A stretch of DNA of 64,000 nucleotides, taken from positions 64,001 through 128,000 of IMG/VR virus record IMGVR_UViG_3300035193_000067. The stretch is one strand, 5' to 3'. Below, piece after piece: positions 63,232 to 64,000 of the stretch; within the stretch, counting starts at the first letter, position 1; the number at the start of each line of letters is the position of its first letter. The translations under genes and the position numbers were made by a program. This DNA comes from a virus. The notes below the pieces were generated by a model that saw only the letters and a program-made list of their open reading frames with translations, did no database searches and was not told the DNA's origin.

Positions 63232-63597
63232 ATGCTAACAGAAGATAAATTAGTTCAATTGATGTGCAAGGTCGACAAAGCCTTGGGAAGTAACCGGTCA
63301 AACCAGGAGATTTTCGATTTTATCGAATCTGCAGTTCTGGTTAAACTCGACCAGGAAAAGAAGATCAGAGATCATTCATCAGAAACTGTACAAGGATGTT
63401 TTGTGGAGTTTAATTTTGACCAGAGCATATACAATACTTGTGCTTTGGAGGATGGTGGTTACTGCAATCTGGCAGAGGACATGAAAGATGCACATCCTGC
63501 AGCATCCAAACACTGCTGCAAGTACTGGGGAGATGTGTCCAGTGACTTAGAGGGTAACCTTGTATCGTTGTTGAATGGCAATCTGGTGACTTCATGA
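63232..63597 (+). CDS. Cys-rich hypothetical protein
   Basis: Start probably MLTED at 63232. Confidence 0.55.
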   Translation: MLTEDKLVQLMCKVDKALGSNRSNQEIFDFIESAVLVKLDQEKKIRDHSSETVQGCFVEFNFDQSIYNTCALEDGGYCNLAEDMKDAHPAASKHCCKYWGDVSSDLEGNLVSLLNGNLVTS

Positions 63598-63773
63598 AAA
63601 ACAAACAATATTCCATACACCCTTCTGCAGAAAGCATGAAGAAGTTTGTTGAGCAGGATTTCGAAGAACTTGAAGCAAGAATTGTGGCAACTCAGTACAA
63701 TCTTGATCAGATTTTTTCATACGATCCTGTACCTTTCCTCGATTTCCTGAGGAAAACCTCCGGAGAAAACTGA
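63594..63773 (+). CDS. Small hypothetical protein (59 aa, MKNKQYSIHP...)
   Basis: ATGA overlap; fills the gap. Confidence 0.5.
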   Translation: MKNKQYSIHPSAESMKKFVEQDFEELEARIVATQYNLDQIFSYDPVPFLDFLRKTSGEN

Positions 63774-63971
63774 ATGTCATCTCAAAAGGTACTTGACAGA
63801 ATGCAGGAGACGGTTATATTCCTGTCAGACTTGTATGACAGCCTGTACAGGCTTGAGAAGACTCCCACAGTGGTGGAAGTCCTTCGAGATATTCACGAGG
63901 CTCAGACAGCTCTGGAGAGAGCTCAAAACGGTATTAAAACCTTTGTAAAGGAGACAAGTAATGAAAACTAA
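63774..63971 (+). CDS. Hypothetical helical protein
   Basis: GGAG RBS; ORF track. Confidence 0.55.
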   Translation: MSSQKVLDRMQETVIFLSDLYDSLYRLEKTPTVVEVLRDIHEAQTALERAQNGIKTFVKETSNEN

Positions 63972-64000
63972 GCTAAAACAAATTAAAATCAGGACTAGCG

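Noticed and set aside
1-64000. Stop-codon reassignment
   Set aside because: Core genes are full length and densely packed under code 11, and TAA, TAG and TGA all end genes.

Overview
A 64-kb segment of a large tailed dsDNA bacteriophage with a contractile tail (myovirus); standard genetic code, roughly 40% GC by eye. From about 47.5 kb down to 1 the minus strand carries the packaging and virion genes: candidate TerS, TerL, a cassette of small genes, a 1639-aa fibre, portal, protease, scaffold, decoration protein, major capsid, a lysis-like trio, neck, tail terminator, sheath, tube, a frameshifted tail chaperone, two paralogous tape-measure genes and the baseplate, whose last gene runs off the window start. 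An AT-rich divergent non-coding region (47.55-48.45 kb) holds a long imperfect stem-loop. The plus strand from 48.4 kb carries accessory and early genes: SGNH esterase, HicB-like protein, Dam, macrodomain, GNAT, NAD-dependent ligase and many small ORFs, with one HNH gene on the minus strand. Most notable: (1) three miniature homologues of bacterial ice-nucleation proteins (8-aa repeats and C-terminal cap in all three, InaZ-type N-domain in two); (2) an IscB-type PLMP/RRXRR domain fused to a non-nuclease protein just after the capsid gene, behind a structured leader; (3) tandem paralogous tape-measure genes, one ending in an M15 peptidase; (4) an A-AAA-AAG -1 frameshift site that joins two ORFs in frame; (5) a candidate late-promoter motif ATCCCGACA-N10-TATAAT. 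All family calls come from motif recognition and gene order; no searches were run.
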